This document shows positions 37,043 through 46,801 of a DNA stretch of 64,000 nucleotides, one piece after another; positions within the stretch are counted from its first letter, which is position 1; every line of letters starts with the position of its first letter. The stretch lies in contig CAMCYL010000001.1 of the NCBI GenBank assembly GCA_945883905.1, positions 2,088 to 66,087 on the forward strand. Reading direction: 5' to 3'. A program made the translations under genes and the position numbers. The notes beneath the pieces were generated by a model. That model was given only the letters and a program-made list of their open reading frames with translations. It ran no database searches and was not told where the DNA came from. Source of the stretch: Akkermansia muciniphila. GTDB lineage: Bacteria > Verrucomicrobiota > Verrucomicrobiia > Methylacidiphilales > CAMAQI01.

Positions 37043-38271
37043 GAGCGAATCCCTTAAGTCCCTTGAGTGTGGAGGAGCTTGTTCCAGGGTGTAATTTAGG
37101 ACATTATCAAATTATTGACAAAATCTCTCAAGGGGGGATGGGAATTGTCTTTAAAGCTCATGAGCCGACCTTAAATCGAGAGGTTGCATTGAAGGTACTG
37201 GCGGCGAAATATGTGCAGGATTCAAACTATGTGAATAGTTTTCAGGAAGAGGCACAATTAGTCGCCTCCCTGCGGCATCCGAATATTATTCCGATTTATT
37301 TTATTGGACAGGTCGGGGAGGTTGTTTTTTATAGCATGGCTTATATTTCAAATCCGAGTTTGGATTCTTGGATTCATCAAGGCCATCGCTTTGATTTAAA
37401 AGAGGTGAAGTGGTTTTTAACGCAGGCCTGTTCAGCCTTGGATTGCGCCACTCAGGCGGGACTTATTCACCTCGATATTAAACCGTCAAATTTTTTGGTC
37501 GATGATGCGGGGACCTTATTTTTGACCGATTTTGGATTAGCAAAACTCATGGGAGGAAGTAAGGGAGTGATTGATGATGAGTTGTATGGGACTCCCAGCT
37601 ATGTCGCTCCCGAAAGAGTTCTCCGCAAACCACTGGATCATCGAACAGATATCTATTCATTGGGATCGACATTATTTCATTTAGTGGTGGGGGAACCTCC
37701 ATTTGATTCGGAGTCATTACAGGCGATTGTCGATGCACATCTTTCGCATCCTTTTCCAGAGGAAAAAGCAGTTGAAAAGGGAGTTCCTCAGCCCCTGATT
37801 GATTTGATGCGAAAGATGATGGAGAAAGATCCTGTTCGACGTTTCCAGTCTTACGGTGAGATTTTAAGTATCGTCAAGGGACTCGATTATTTTCATTACA
37901 AGCCGGCGATCCCTCTTTCTGCGAAAGAAATGGATTATTCAATTCCAGAGTCCTATTCCGATATTCAAAAAATCCCAGGATTGCTTTGGGTGGGAGAAAA
38001 AAAAGGAAAAGAGTGCCATACCTGGTTGAATGCAGATTCAAATCATTCTTGGCAATCGGACCTGACTCCTTTAGCGGAGATGATGAACTCTTTGGGCGAA
38101 ACGTTAAACCTAGGCCAATTAAAGGGATTTGTATTACAAGGGAGTGATTTTCAAGCGATCGGCCATCACAAAGGTAAGAATAGTTTTGTGATGATGGCTC
38201 AAGTGTCAGGGGGAGAGGTCGATGTGATTCAAAAAGAATTTGGTCAAATCTTAGGATCAAGTTCCTCATGA
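37039..38271 (+). CDS. Ser/Thr protein kinase with a C-terminal Roadblock/LC7-like extension
   Basis: Hanks motifs GGMGIVFKA, ALKVL, HLDIKPSNFLV, DFGLAK, GTPSYVAPE. The C-terminal 120 aa are non-kinase. ATGA overlaps on both sides. Confidence 0.9.
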   Translation: MRANPLSPLSVEELVPGCNLGHYQIIDKISQGGMGIVFKAHEPTLNREVALKVLAAKYVQDSNYVNSFQEEAQLVASLRHPNIIPIYFIGQVGEVVFYSMAYISNPSLDSWIHQGHRFDLKEVKWFLTQACSALDCATQAGLIHLDIKPSNFLVDDAGTLFLTDFGLAKLMGGSKGVIDDELYGTPSYVAPERVLRKPLDHRTDIYSLGSTLFHLVVGEPPFDSESLQAIVDAHLSHPFPEEKAVEKGVPQPLIDLMRKMMEKDPVRRFQSYGEILSIVKGLDYFHYKPAIPLSAKEMDYSIPESYSDIQKIPGLLWVGEKKGKECHTWLNADSNHSWQSDLTPLAEMMNSLGETLNLGQLKGFVLQGSDFQAIGHHKGKNSFVMMAQVSGGEVDVIQKEFGQILGSSSS

Positions 38272-38930
38272 TACGTGATCTCAAAATGGATGAGATCGTA
38301 AAAGGGATTGCTTCGGATTCCTTGGTTCGAGTCGCTTTTGTACTTTCAACTCATGGAGTGGTCGAAATATGTCATCCCCAAGAGAATGAGAAGCAGGTCA
38401 ATCAATGGGCCCTTGTTTTAATTCCCTACTTAAGGCTTTTTTCTCATTTAAAAGATTTTCGATTTTCAAGGATTCAATATCGAGAAGGAGATCTATGGAT
38501 CGGTCGAATTTATGGAGATCAGTATCTCGTTCTTCTTGTGATGCCTTCAGTGGATCTTACTGTTTTCTATCAAAATATTATATTTACGATTCAAAACATT
38601 CAGGAATCGACTTTAAATTTAGAGGAAACAAATCTCGAGGAGCCGATAGAAAGTCTTTTATATCAAGCCTCCAATCATATTAAAAACCATAGTCGTTCGG
38701 AAGGCGGCTTTTTTGGAGCCTTTCGGAAAACAGCCTTTATGTATTTTGGGGCTTTGGGGGAGGAGTGGGTGGATCAATCTCTCGAAAACCTTTGGATTAC
38801 GCTTCCGATTCAACAACAAAAATTAATGGAAGAGATGATTGAGGAGACGACAAAGCGGATGGCACATCCGTTAAAGCGAATGGCTTTTAAGAAAGATTCG
38901 ACGGAGTTAATTAAAAAGTTTTTAGAGTAA
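38268..38930 (+). CDS. Hypothetical protein, N-terminal Roadblock/LC7-like pattern
   Basis: 220 aa, ATGA-coupled to the kinase. VRVAFVLSTHGVVEI...DLWIGRIYGDQYLVLLVMPSVDL fits the Roadblock pattern by eye only. Confidence 0.6.
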   Translation: MIRDLKMDEIVKGIASDSLVRVAFVLSTHGVVEICHPQENEKQVNQWALVLIPYLRLFSHLKDFRFSRIQYREGDLWIGRIYGDQYLVLLVMPSVDLTVFYQNIIFTIQNIQESTLNLEETNLEEPIESLLYQASNHIKNHSRSEGGFFGAFRKTAFMYFGALGEEWVDQSLENLWITLPIQQQKLMEEMIEETTKRMAHPLKRMAFKKDSTELIKKFLE

Positions 38931-39027
38931 ATAAATGTTTTTGAGCTTCAGAGTGCAGATCAGTCGACAATGAATTCGTAGATTGTTTTTACTCGCAATT
39001 CAGTAAAATAAAACTATTTTTCAGTTA

Positions 39028-40875
39028 ATGGAAGCGCCCGAAAATAAGCGCCAAAACAACGAAGAGAATTTAACTTCGTCTGAAATTCCGTTGATCGATT
39101 CTTCCTCTGAAGAGGGGGTAAATAAAAAAGATTCAGCCTCTGTTGATGAGATTCCTGTTCTATCCGGTTCATTAGAGCAGGAGAAGTTAGGAGTTGATAC
39201 AACTCCGCAAGAGGAGTCTATTGATATTGATGCCATTTTAAAGCAGGCCTCTGAGGAGACTCCGTCGAAGCAAGAGATTGTTTTAGAGAGTCCACCCTCG
39301 GAAGTAGCCCCTGTGGATAGCGATGATATTACGGCCCTTTTGAGTTCGATTGAGAAAGAGAAGGGGGAACTACCGCCAACAGGATCAAAGGAAGAGCTTG
39401 ATATCGATGCCGTTTTAAAGCAAGCAGAGTCGGAAGCTTCACTTGATTTACCGAAGACGGAACCTCCCCTTGGAGAGGGCATTCTGGTTGAAAAACCAAT
39501 AAATTCGACGGAGGTGCATTCAGAGAAAAGTTCATCTGAATCGCTCCCTGAGAGTCCATCTGAGGTTGCCGTAGAAAAAGAAAGTATCCCGGCTGCCGTT
39601 GTTCCTAAAAAATTATTCTCTACGGAGAACCCCTTAAAAGAATTTGATATTTCAACGGATCCACACGTCATCGAGTTGCGGGCTCGGATGAAGGAAAAGG
39701 TGCAGGAGATATTAAAAACTTTTATTAATTTTAAAACGTTTAGTATTTCATTTATAGTTCAGATGCCGCAAGTGATTTTACGTCGGCGAAAGGTCAAGCA
39801 AGGATTAAGAGTTTTTTCGGAATGGATTGAAAACGAGCGAGCTCTCATTCAAGCGACTGAAGATCTTGTTAAAAAAGAACGGCTTGAAAAGGCCTCGATT
39901 ATTTTTGATCAAGAGATGTTAATTTTACGAAAAAAGGGTGTTTTATGGATTCGTCAAGGATGGCGAAAAAGTTTTTTGATACTGATTTGGATTGTTTCTC
40001 TTATTATGGGGCTTGCATTTGGTCTTCCCTCAGTGGCTCGGATTTACTTTCCTAAAGCCTTACATAAGCCTGTGGTGACAGAGATCGTTTTAAATGAAAA
40101 TATTTCAACTGAAGAAATTAAAAAGGATGTTGGTCCGACGAGCTATTTGTTGCTGAGTTGTGAGCAAAGTCAGATGGGGAAGCTTGGGAAAATAAGGGTT
40201 TATGATCGTGAGGGGAAAGAGGTGGCTATTTTTCCCGCAAATGTGAATAAAATGAAAAAAAAGGTTCTCACTGAAGTGCCTGCTGGAGAACTTGGAGTGA
40301 TTATTGAAACCGGGGAATATCCGATTGTTGGAAAATTGGAGATTTTCCCAAGTCAGAGACGATTTATTGATCTCTCGAAGTGGACTGATATTGGGGCTCG
40401 TGCTTTGGTTCGAATTCAGAGTACTCCTGAGGGAATTCCGATTGTTTGTAATGGAGGGGTGATTGGAAAAGGGTTTGCCTCGGTGTATTTTATTGCCGGA
40501 ATTCATAAAATCTGGGCGGCTTTACCTAATTTTCCAGCTCAGGAACAACATTTGATGGTGGTCGATGATCGTGAATTAGATTTAGTGGTGACTGTAAACA
40601 TGGGGCGATTTGTATTTCAGTGTTCCGATCAAATCAAAAAAATGCATCCGCAACTCAAGATCTATGTGAATGGATCGCTCATTTTGAATTGGGAGTCCTA
40701 TCCTTTATTGTTCGGATATTATACGATCAAAATCACGGATGCGGGTAAAACAGTTATGCAACAGGAGATCAATTTAGCGGCGGCGGATGAGGTGGTTTTT
40801 AGGGTTCAGAGACTCGAAGAGGGGGTGCTCAGTGGAGCGTTGGTCTCGAAGCGTAATTTATTGAAATCAAACTAA
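39028..40875 (+). CDS. Hypothetical membrane protein: acidic repeat N-terminus, one TM helix, beta-rich C-terminus (PEGA-like)
   Basis: 615 aa. Repeated (I/L)DIDA(I/V)LKQA(S/E)(E/S)E motifs, a TM helix FLILIWIVSLIMGLAFGLP, and a C-terminal YTIKITDAGKTVMQQEINLAAADEVVF. Confidence 0.7.
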   Translation: MEAPENKRQNNEENLTSSEIPLIDSSSEEGVNKKDSASVDEIPVLSGSLEQEKLGVDTTPQEESIDIDAILKQASEETPSKQEIVLESPPSEVAPVDSDDITALLSSIEKEKGELPPTGSKEELDIDAVLKQAESEASLDLPKTEPPLGEGILVEKPINSTEVHSEKSSSESLPESPSEVAVEKESIPAAVVPKKLFSTENPLKEFDISTDPHVIELRARMKEKVQEILKTFINFKTFSISFIVQMPQVILRRRKVKQGLRVFSEWIENERALIQATEDLVKKERLEKASIIFDQEMLILRKKGVLWIRQGWRKSFLILIWIVSLIMGLAFGLPSVARIYFPKALHKPVVTEIVLNENISTEEIKKDVGPTSYLLLSCEQSQMGKLGKIRVYDREGKEVAIFPANVNKMKKKVLTEVPAGELGVIIETGEYPIVGKLEIFPSQRRFIDLSKWTDIGARALVRIQSTPEGIPIVCNGGVIGKGFASVYFIAGIHKIWAALPNFPAQEQHLMVVDDRELDLVVTVNMGRFVFQCSDQIKKMHPQLKIYVNGSLILNWESYPLLFGYYTIKITDAGKTVMQQEINLAAADEVVFRVQRLEEGVLSGALVSKRNLLKSN

Positions 40876-40896
40876 TCCTCACGCGAGACCTCTTGG

Positions 40897-42579
40897 TTAT
40901 TCGGTCCATTTACTACGCCATGAGCCGAGGTAGGCAAAAAGGATGCCGATAAAAATATGGACGGAGAGAACCCAGAGGCAGGATTCGGTATTTGTTAGAG
41001 GGGTGATGGTGATCGATTTGACGAGATCATAAAATCGTGTTTCTCGGATCGTATGAAGGATTCCTGACCACCCCCAATAGGTGACGATGAAGGGACGTAA
41101 GATCGTTCCTAGGAGATCCGGCATTGCGAGTACCGCTCCTGAGAGGGGGAGTTGAAATCCGACAAAGTAGACAGAGATGAGGGAGGATTGCTCGGGGGTT
41201 TTACACCAAGCGGAGATGCCAAGGCAGACGAAGGTCATTGCCGCATTAGAAAGACAGAGGAGTAAGAATTGGGACTCTAAAGAGCCTGGAAATTCACAAA
41301 TCGCTTTTACAAAAAGGGTCATCCAAGCGGATTGAGCCATGATCAAAAAGAGGACGAAGCCAATTTTACTTGCAAGATAACTTCCGACGGAAAGTCCTGC
41401 CAACTTCTCTTTCTCTAAGAGGAGACGTTCGGAAACGATCTCGCGAGCGGTATTATTGGCTCCCATGAGTGTGAGGAGAACGACTTGGAAGATAATGAGT
41501 CCAGAGACCAGTCCTCCGACTCGACTGGTCTGTTCAGTAAAAGAGACCGCCTCCTTCAATTGATCGACGACGGAGGAGCCGTTATCCATCGTTAGATTAT
41601 GAATTTGAGGAAGACCGTTCCAGGCAAATATGACGACGATGGCGGGGAAGATAACGATCAGAGAAAACTGAAGAAGGAGTTGGCCTTTCTCACGAAAGAA
41701 AAGTTTCCAACGACGACACCAAAGCACCCAAAATTGAGAGATTGGATTTGGCAGAGAGTAGTCGAGATGATCGGGGGCTGCCGGAGCGATCTCATGGTGA
41801 TCTTCACGATCGGTTCGTGCTTTTTCAAATCGTTCGTGCCAAGCCTCAGGGGTTCTTTCTGCGAGGCGAACGTAGATCTCCTCAACGCTTGCAACTTTAA
41901 AATAAGGAAGGAGCATTTCTGGGGGACCGATATAGGCGAGATGTCCTTTGTAGAGAACGGTGATCGAATCGTAGAGATGGAGATGACGAAGGCTATGAGT
42001 GACACTGAGGACGATCCTTGAATTCTCACGAGAGAGCTCTTGAAGGAGTTGAACGATTTGATCCTCCGATTTAATATCTAATCCACTGGTGACTTCGTCA
42101 CAAAGAAGCAGTGCGGGATTGCTTGTGAGTTCGAGGGCGAGAGCGAGACGACGTTTTTGTCCGCCGGAAAGGACGCTCGTTGGGCGATCGGCGAATTCGA
42201 GAAGTCCAACGGTTTTGAGGAGAAGATCGACTCGTCCGACGAGATCGCGAGATTGGATTCGCTTTCTAAGTTTTAAGGTGCATTCGACATTTTCGCGAAC
42301 GGTGAGGCGGTCAAAAGCGATGCTAAATTGAGGAACATATCCGATTTCACCGGGGTCGAGATCCTTTTCCGTCGCAAGATCACGGGAGTCCCAAAGAACC
42401 TCGCCGGAAGTATGGGAGAGTATTCCTGAGATGATTTTGATTAAAGTGCTTTTACCGCAACCGGAGGGACCGACAATGGCGCCAAAATGACCGCGGGGAT
42501 ATTGAATCGAGAGATTTTTAATAAGAAACTGATCCGATTCATCTTCGAGAGCAAGGTGGACATTTTTAAGTTTAAGCAT
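40897..42579 (-). CDS. ABC transporter, fused ATPase and ABC-2-type permease (ABCG-like)
   Basis: Walker A GPSGCGKST, signature LSGGQKRRLALA, Walker B LLLCDE, followed by about 6 predicted TM segments. Confidence 0.85.
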   Translation of the reverse strand: MLKLKNVHLALEDESDQFLIKNLSIQYPRGHFGAIVGPSGCGKSTLIKIISGILSHTSGEVLWDSRDLATEKDLDPGEIGYVPQFSIAFDRLTVRENVECTLKLRKRIQSRDLVGRVDLLLKTVGLLEFADRPTSVLSGGQKRRLALALELTSNPALLLCDEVTSGLDIKSEDQIVQLLQELSRENSRIVLSVTHSLRHLHLYDSITVLYKGHLAYIGPPEMLLPYFKVASVEEIYVRLAERTPEAWHERFEKARTDREDHHEIAPAAPDHLDYSLPNPISQFWVLWCRRWKLFFREKGQLLLQFSLIVIFPAIVVIFAWNGLPQIHNLTMDNGSSVVDQLKEAVSFTEQTSRVGGLVSGLIIFQVVLLTLMGANNTAREIVSERLLLEKEKLAGLSVGSYLASKIGFVLFLIMAQSAWMTLFVKAICEFPGSLESQFLLLCLSNAAMTFVCLGISAWCKTPEQSSLISVYFVGFQLPLSGAVLAMPDLLGTILRPFIVTYWGWSGILHTIRETRFYDLVKSITITPLTNTESCLWVLSVHIFIGILFAYLGSWRSKWTE

Positions 42580-42697
42580 AGCGAGAGGTCGGAGAATTGA
42601 AGCAGAGTCAGGAGGAAATAAAAGAGAAATACCGGTTTCATTGCACTAACATCCAAGAGATTATGTAAAAAATGTGATTCTATAGGAATGATTGATT

Positions 42698-43975
42698 TTA
42701 AACTTGAGGGAGTTCGTTCCAAGAGGTGGTGTAGTTTGGCGAGCGTTGACTTGATTTTCCGCTCCATGTTTTATTGAGTCCAGAGGAGCCGAGGGTTATT
42801 TTTTCAGCTCCCCAGCGACGATTGATCCGATCCATTGTTTCCATGAGACGCTGTTGTTTCTCTTCTTGAAGCGATTCTTCGAACCAATGGAGTTGTTGAG
42901 TGCTTTTCTCTTGGAGATGGGAGAGTAGGATGCCGGCTTTTTTGTACTTTTGATGAGGCTCATAGAGCTTCTCTAAAAGTTTAAATCCGACTTCAATAAA
43001 GGTCGGGGTGTAGTCATTGGGGGAGGTGAGACGGTGGGAGATGGTGACCATCGGTTTCTCCTTTTTTTGTTTCCAACGATTGGGAGCAAGAAATAGATGA
43101 ATCATGCCCGCGACTGTTTTTTGAGAACGCATTTTTTCGGCAGCGGAAACAAGATGAGTGGAGATCGCTTCTTGGAGTTCTTGTAGTGAACTCACCTCTT
43201 TGCCGAAAGAACGGGAGCAGAGGATACTTTTTTGGAGTTGTGGATTTTCCTCAAATCCGAGTGTTGGAATTCGATGGAGCTCCATCCAAATCCTCTCTCC
43301 GGTGACGTGAAGATTCTCTCGGATCCAGAGTCGTTCTGTTTTCATGAGTTCTGCAACAGTTTGAATGCCGTTATTTTTTAAAAAGAGGGAGAGTTTTCTG
43401 CCGATTCCCCAGATCTCTTCGCAAGAGGTGGTTTGAAGGAGAGATTCTGATTCTGGATTGTTTTCCCATATCCAGACCCCTTCGCTGGAGGGACGTTTTT
43501 TAGCGAATCGATTTGATAATTTGGCTAAAACCTTGGTGGGAGCGACTCCGACACTGACGGGAAGTCCGGTCTCTTGAAGGATTTTTTTTCGCAGTTCTGT
43601 TGCCCAAGTGTGAGGGGAAGGGAGAGAGGGGATCCAAAGAAAGGATTCATCGATGGAGTAGATTTCATTTTTGACGGCAAATCGTTTTAAGGTTTCCATT
43701 AATCGGTGACTCATCTCGTTGTAGAGAGGGAAGTTTGTCGAGCGAATTTGGATTTGATGTTGAGAGATCAGTTCTTTGATTTTAAAAAAGGGAATGCCCA
43801 TTGGAATTCCGAGATCTTTTACCTCTTGGCTGCGGGAGATGACGCAGCCGTCGTTATTTGAGAGAACGATCAAGGGACGAAATCGAAGTTTTGGATCGAA
43901 GACGCGCTCGCAGGAGCAGAAGAAGTTATTTCCATCGACGAGCGCTAAGAGTGGGGAGGGAGAGGAGGGCCTCAT
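42698..43975 (-). CDS. umuC: Y-family translesion DNA polymerase, UmuC-like
   Basis: LVDGNNFFCSCERVFDPKL..PLIVLSNNDGCVISRS is the UmuC signature. Start at ATG 43975 in an ATGA overlap with the umuD stop. Confidence 0.85.
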   Translation of the reverse strand: MRPSSPSPLLALVDGNNFFCSCERVFDPKLRFRPLIVLSNNDGCVISRSQEVKDLGIPMGIPFFKIKELISQHQIQIRSTNFPLYNEMSHRLMETLKRFAVKNEIYSIDESFLWIPSLPSPHTWATELRKKILQETGLPVSVGVAPTKVLAKLSNRFAKKRPSSEGVWIWENNPESESLLQTTSCEEIWGIGRKLSLFLKNNGIQTVAELMKTERLWIRENLHVTGERIWMELHRIPTLGFEENPQLQKSILCSRSFGKEVSSLQELQEAISTHLVSAAEKMRSQKTVAGMIHLFLAPNRWKQKKEKPMVTISHRLTSPNDYTPTFIEVGFKLLEKLYEPHQKYKKAGILLSHLQEKSTQQLHWFEESLQEEKQQRLMETMDRINRRWGAEKITLGSSGLNKTWSGKSSQRSPNYTTSWNELPQV

Positions 43976-44346
43976 AAGGGGTGAATGACATTTGTGACCA
44001 CTCCCCAAATTTGGAAGTCGGACTCTGGAGTGATCTCTAAGAGGGGATACCCGGCGGTGGTTGATTCGAGGAAAAATCGACTCTCTTTTCGTCGCAGCAT
44101 TTTGACGGAGAATTCACCGTTCCAGATTGCGACGATGACCTTTTTATCTTGGGCGGTGAGGGAGCGATCGACGATCAGAAGATCTCCTTCATGAATCCCA
44201 GATCCGAGCATCGAGTTTCCTCGAACTCTCATGAAGAAAGTGGAGGTAGGGTGCTCGATTAAATAACGGTTGAGATCGAGAGTCGGTTCGAGCGATTCAT
44301 CGCCAGGGGGGAGGAGTCCGGTCTGATTTTGAGAGGAAAACTTCAT
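43972..44346 (-). CDS. umuD: S24 self-cleaving peptidase, UmuD-like
   Basis: 124 aa. FFMRVRGNSMLGSGIHEGDLLIVD (Ser nucleophile) and FSVKML (Lys). Confidence 0.85.
   Translation of the reverse strand: MKFSSQNQTGLLPPGDESLEPTLDLNRYLIEHPTSTFFMRVRGNSMLGSGIHEGDLLIVDRSLTAQDKKVIVAIWNGEFSVKMLRRKESRFFLESTTAGYPLLEITPESDFQIWGVVTNVIHPL
44262..44281. repeat. 20-nt exact direct repeat, copy inside the umuD 5' coding region
   Basis: AATAACGGTTGAGATCGAGA is identical to 44554-44573. Similarity extends to about 25/28. Confidence 0.9.
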
Positions 44347-44553
44347 TATCTATTTGTATAATAAAAAATGATAAATGCAAGTGAATCATTTCCCTTGAGG
44401 GTCTTTTTAAGTCTAGTAGAGTAAAAAGTATGGAATGGTTCCGAGATTTGAGGGGAAAAGGGGGAGGGGAAGTGATCTGTTTTATAGGAGAGACGAAATC
44501 CGCGTAGGGAAATAAAATACTGAAAAGTATTTTAGATTTTATTTTTTAATCTC

Positions 44554-44573
44554 AATAACGGTTGAGATCGAGA
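44554..44573. repeat. 20-nt exact direct repeat, copy just 3' of the aminotransferase gene
   Basis: Identical to 44262-44281. It lies 14 nt from the aminotransferase stop. Confidence 0.9.
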
Positions 44574-44586
44574 ATGGGTTTAGTGA

Positions 44587-46011
44587 TTAATTTGTGGTTG
44601 TTGGCTCACTCTCTTTGGGAGCGCCGGTTTTCATTGTTTTGAAGAAATTAGCACCCATTTCCCAGACAGGTCCTGGAAATTTTTTAAGTCCATCAAGGAC
44701 ATCATCGAGAGCGGCGATAAATCGATCGATTTCTTTCGTGCCGCAGATCAAAGGGGGAAGAATTTTTACGATATCACATTTATTGGCGGCGACTTGCGTG
44801 AGAATCCGGTGTTGACTCAACAGGGGAGTGACAATGAGTTGAGGGAAGAGACTTGGGTCCATGGCATGAATCGCTTTCCATCCCATTTTCATCATCATGG
44901 AGGAGGGTTCACCGAATTCAATAGCCCCCATGAGTCCTTTCACTCGGATCTCTTTAATCACTGGATGCTTTTCTTGGAGTTCGAGTAAACGCTTTTCCAG
45001 ATAAGCCCCTTGGATTGCTGCATTTTCAGGGAGTTTTTCATCCTCTAAAATCGTGAGTGCGGCAAGTCCTGCAGCACAGGCGAGGTTATTTCGTCCAAAG
45101 GTCGTGGAATGAACGATACAGCGATCTAAACGGGAGAAGGTCTTCTGGTAAATCGCTCGTCGAGTAATAATGGCTCCTGCGGGGACGTATCCACAACTCA
45201 GGGCTTTAGAGAGAGTGAGAATATCGGGCTCTAAACCCCAGTGCTCAAAGCCAAACCATTTTCCAGTTCGACCCAGACCGGTTTGAACTTCATCACAAAT
45301 AAAAAGAGTGCCATAGCGACGGCAGAGCTCTTGGGCTTTGTTGTAGTAGTCATCCTTAGCGAATTTAACTCCTTTTCCTTGAACCAATTCGAGAATAAAA
45401 GCGGCGACATCCCCTTTTTTTAATTCATGTTCGAGTTGTGAGAGGTCCCCTAAATCAACCTTATCGCATCCCGGTAGAAAAGGGGTAAAGCCTTCATGAA
45501 AAAAGGGATTCCCGGTGACCGAAAGGGCGCCATGGGTGAGTCCGTGGTAGGAGTTATTGAGGGAGAGTAGACGGGGGCGACCGGTGGCGGCTTTGGCAAA
45601 TTTGAGAGCCCCTTCGACGGCTTCAGTTCCACTATTACAGAGGAAAACGGAGTCGAGATGAGGCGCTCCTTGTTTGGCAAGGCGTTTGACGAGGGCTTCT
45701 GAGAGGAGTCCGCTCATGAGTGCCGAATCCATTTGCACCATGTTCGGAAGATTCATATCGAGAACATCTCGAATCGCTTTTTGAGCAACGGGATGATTTC
45801 GACCCATATTAAAAACTCCGAATCCAGAGAGGAAATCGAGATAATCCTTTCCCTCTCGGTCATAGAGATAGCATCCTTCAGCTCGGGCATAGACCTTATC
45901 AAAGCCGATCATACGTTGGACCTTAACGAGGGTCCGATTCATATATTGATCGTGAAGTGTGTAGTTTTCTCCGATTCGAGCAGCGACGATTTCTTTAAGG
46001 TCGAGAGGCAT
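44587..46011 (-). CDS. Class-III PLP-dependent aminotransferase
   Basis: SGTEAVEGALKFA, DEVQTGLGRTGKWF and LSKAL (PLP Lys). The first ATG is 46011; the listed 46050 is a TTG. Confidence 0.85.
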   Translation of the reverse strand: MPLDLKEIVAARIGENYTLHDQYMNRTLVKVQRMIGFDKVYARAEGCYLYDREGKDYLDFLSGFGVFNMGRNHPVAQKAIRDVLDMNLPNMVQMDSALMSGLLSEALVKRLAKQGAPHLDSVFLCNSGTEAVEGALKFAKAATGRPRLLSLNNSYHGLTHGALSVTGNPFFHEGFTPFLPGCDKVDLGDLSQLEHELKKGDVAAFILELVQGKGVKFAKDDYYNKAQELCRRYGTLFICDEVQTGLGRTGKWFGFEHWGLEPDILTLSKALSCGYVPAGAIITRRAIYQKTFSRLDRCIVHSTTFGRNNLACAAGLAALTILEDEKLPENAAIQGAYLEKRLLELQEKHPVIKEIRVKGLMGAIEFGEPSSMMMKMGWKAIHAMDPSLFPQLIVTPLLSQHRILTQVAANKCDIVKILPPLICGTKEIDRFIAALDDVLDGLKKFPGPVWEMGANFFKTMKTGAPKESEPTTTN

Positions 46012-46129
46012 AATGGGAGATAAGAATGCACGGCTTTGAAGGGGATTCAATAGATAAAAGTACCTTTTTCAAGTTTGACGAAGGAGGACGGAGGGATTTA
46101 GTATTTAATTTCCATTAACAAAAGGATCT

Positions 46130-46801
46130 ATGAAAAAAATCACAGTTTTTTTAACTGCAATTAGCTTAATCTCTGCTACGCTCTGGGGCGTGGAAAAATC
46201 AACCTTAAAAAATATTAATGATCAATTTAGTTATGCCCTCGGCTACCAAATTGGAAAAGACTTTAAAACCCGTGGCGTTTCGCTCGATCCTGCTCTCGTC
46301 GCAACTGCGATGAAAGAGGCTCTCGCTGGAAAAGCCAGTGTTTTGACCGATCAAGAAATTCAACAAGTGATGATGACCGTTCAACAGCAAGCGGCTCAAA
46401 AACAAGGAGAGGCCTCTCAAGCGGTTGGTAAAACCTTTTTAGCCGAAAACGCAAAGCAACCGGGAGTGAAGGTCACTTCGACAGGACTTCAATTTTCTGA
46501 GATTAAGAAAGGAAGCGGTAAAAAACCAGCGGCCACCGATACGGTGACGGTTCACTATCGTGGAACTTTAATCAATGGAACAGAATTTGATAGCAGTTAT
46601 AAGAGAAATGAGCCTGCAACTTTCGCTTTAAATCAGGTGATTCCTGGTTGGACCGAAGGACTTCAACTTCTTTCTGAAGGGGGCAAAGCGAAGCTCGTGA
46701 TCCCTGCTGAACTCGGATATGGAACTCGTGGAGCTCCTCCTTCGATTGGACCGAATGAAGTGCTTATTTTTGAAGTAGAGCTGATTTCAATTAAAAAATA
46801 A
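46130..46801 (+). CDS. FKBP-type peptidyl-prolyl isomerase, FkpA/Mip-like, secreted
   Basis: Signal peptide, an N-terminal dimerisation-type helix region, and an FKBP domain (VTVHYRGTLINGTEFDSS...IPGW..G). Confidence 0.85.
   Translation: MKKITVFLTAISLISATLWGVEKSTLKNINDQFSYALGYQIGKDFKTRGVSLDPALVATAMKEALAGKASVLTDQEIQQVMMTVQQQAAQKQGEASQAVGKTFLAENAKQPGVKVTSTGLQFSEIKKGSGKKPAATDTVTVHYRGTLINGTEFDSSYKRNEPATFALNQVIPGWTEGLQLLSEGGKAKLVIPAELGYGTRGAPPSIGPNEVLIFEVELISIKK

Noticed and set aside
39021-39671. 216-aa minus-strand ORF rich in Ser/Gly/Phe
   Set aside because: It is the mirror image of the Glu/Ser/Pro-rich acidic region of the 615-aa plus-strand protein. This is a typical antisense artefact of GA-rich coding sequence.
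44347-44586. SOS (LexA) operator upstream of umuD
   Set aside because: I could find neither the CTGT-N8-ACAG type nor a TGTTC-N4-GAACA-type palindrome. There is only a weak AT-rich imperfect dyad (ATTTGTAT...ATGATAAAT), which is not convincing.
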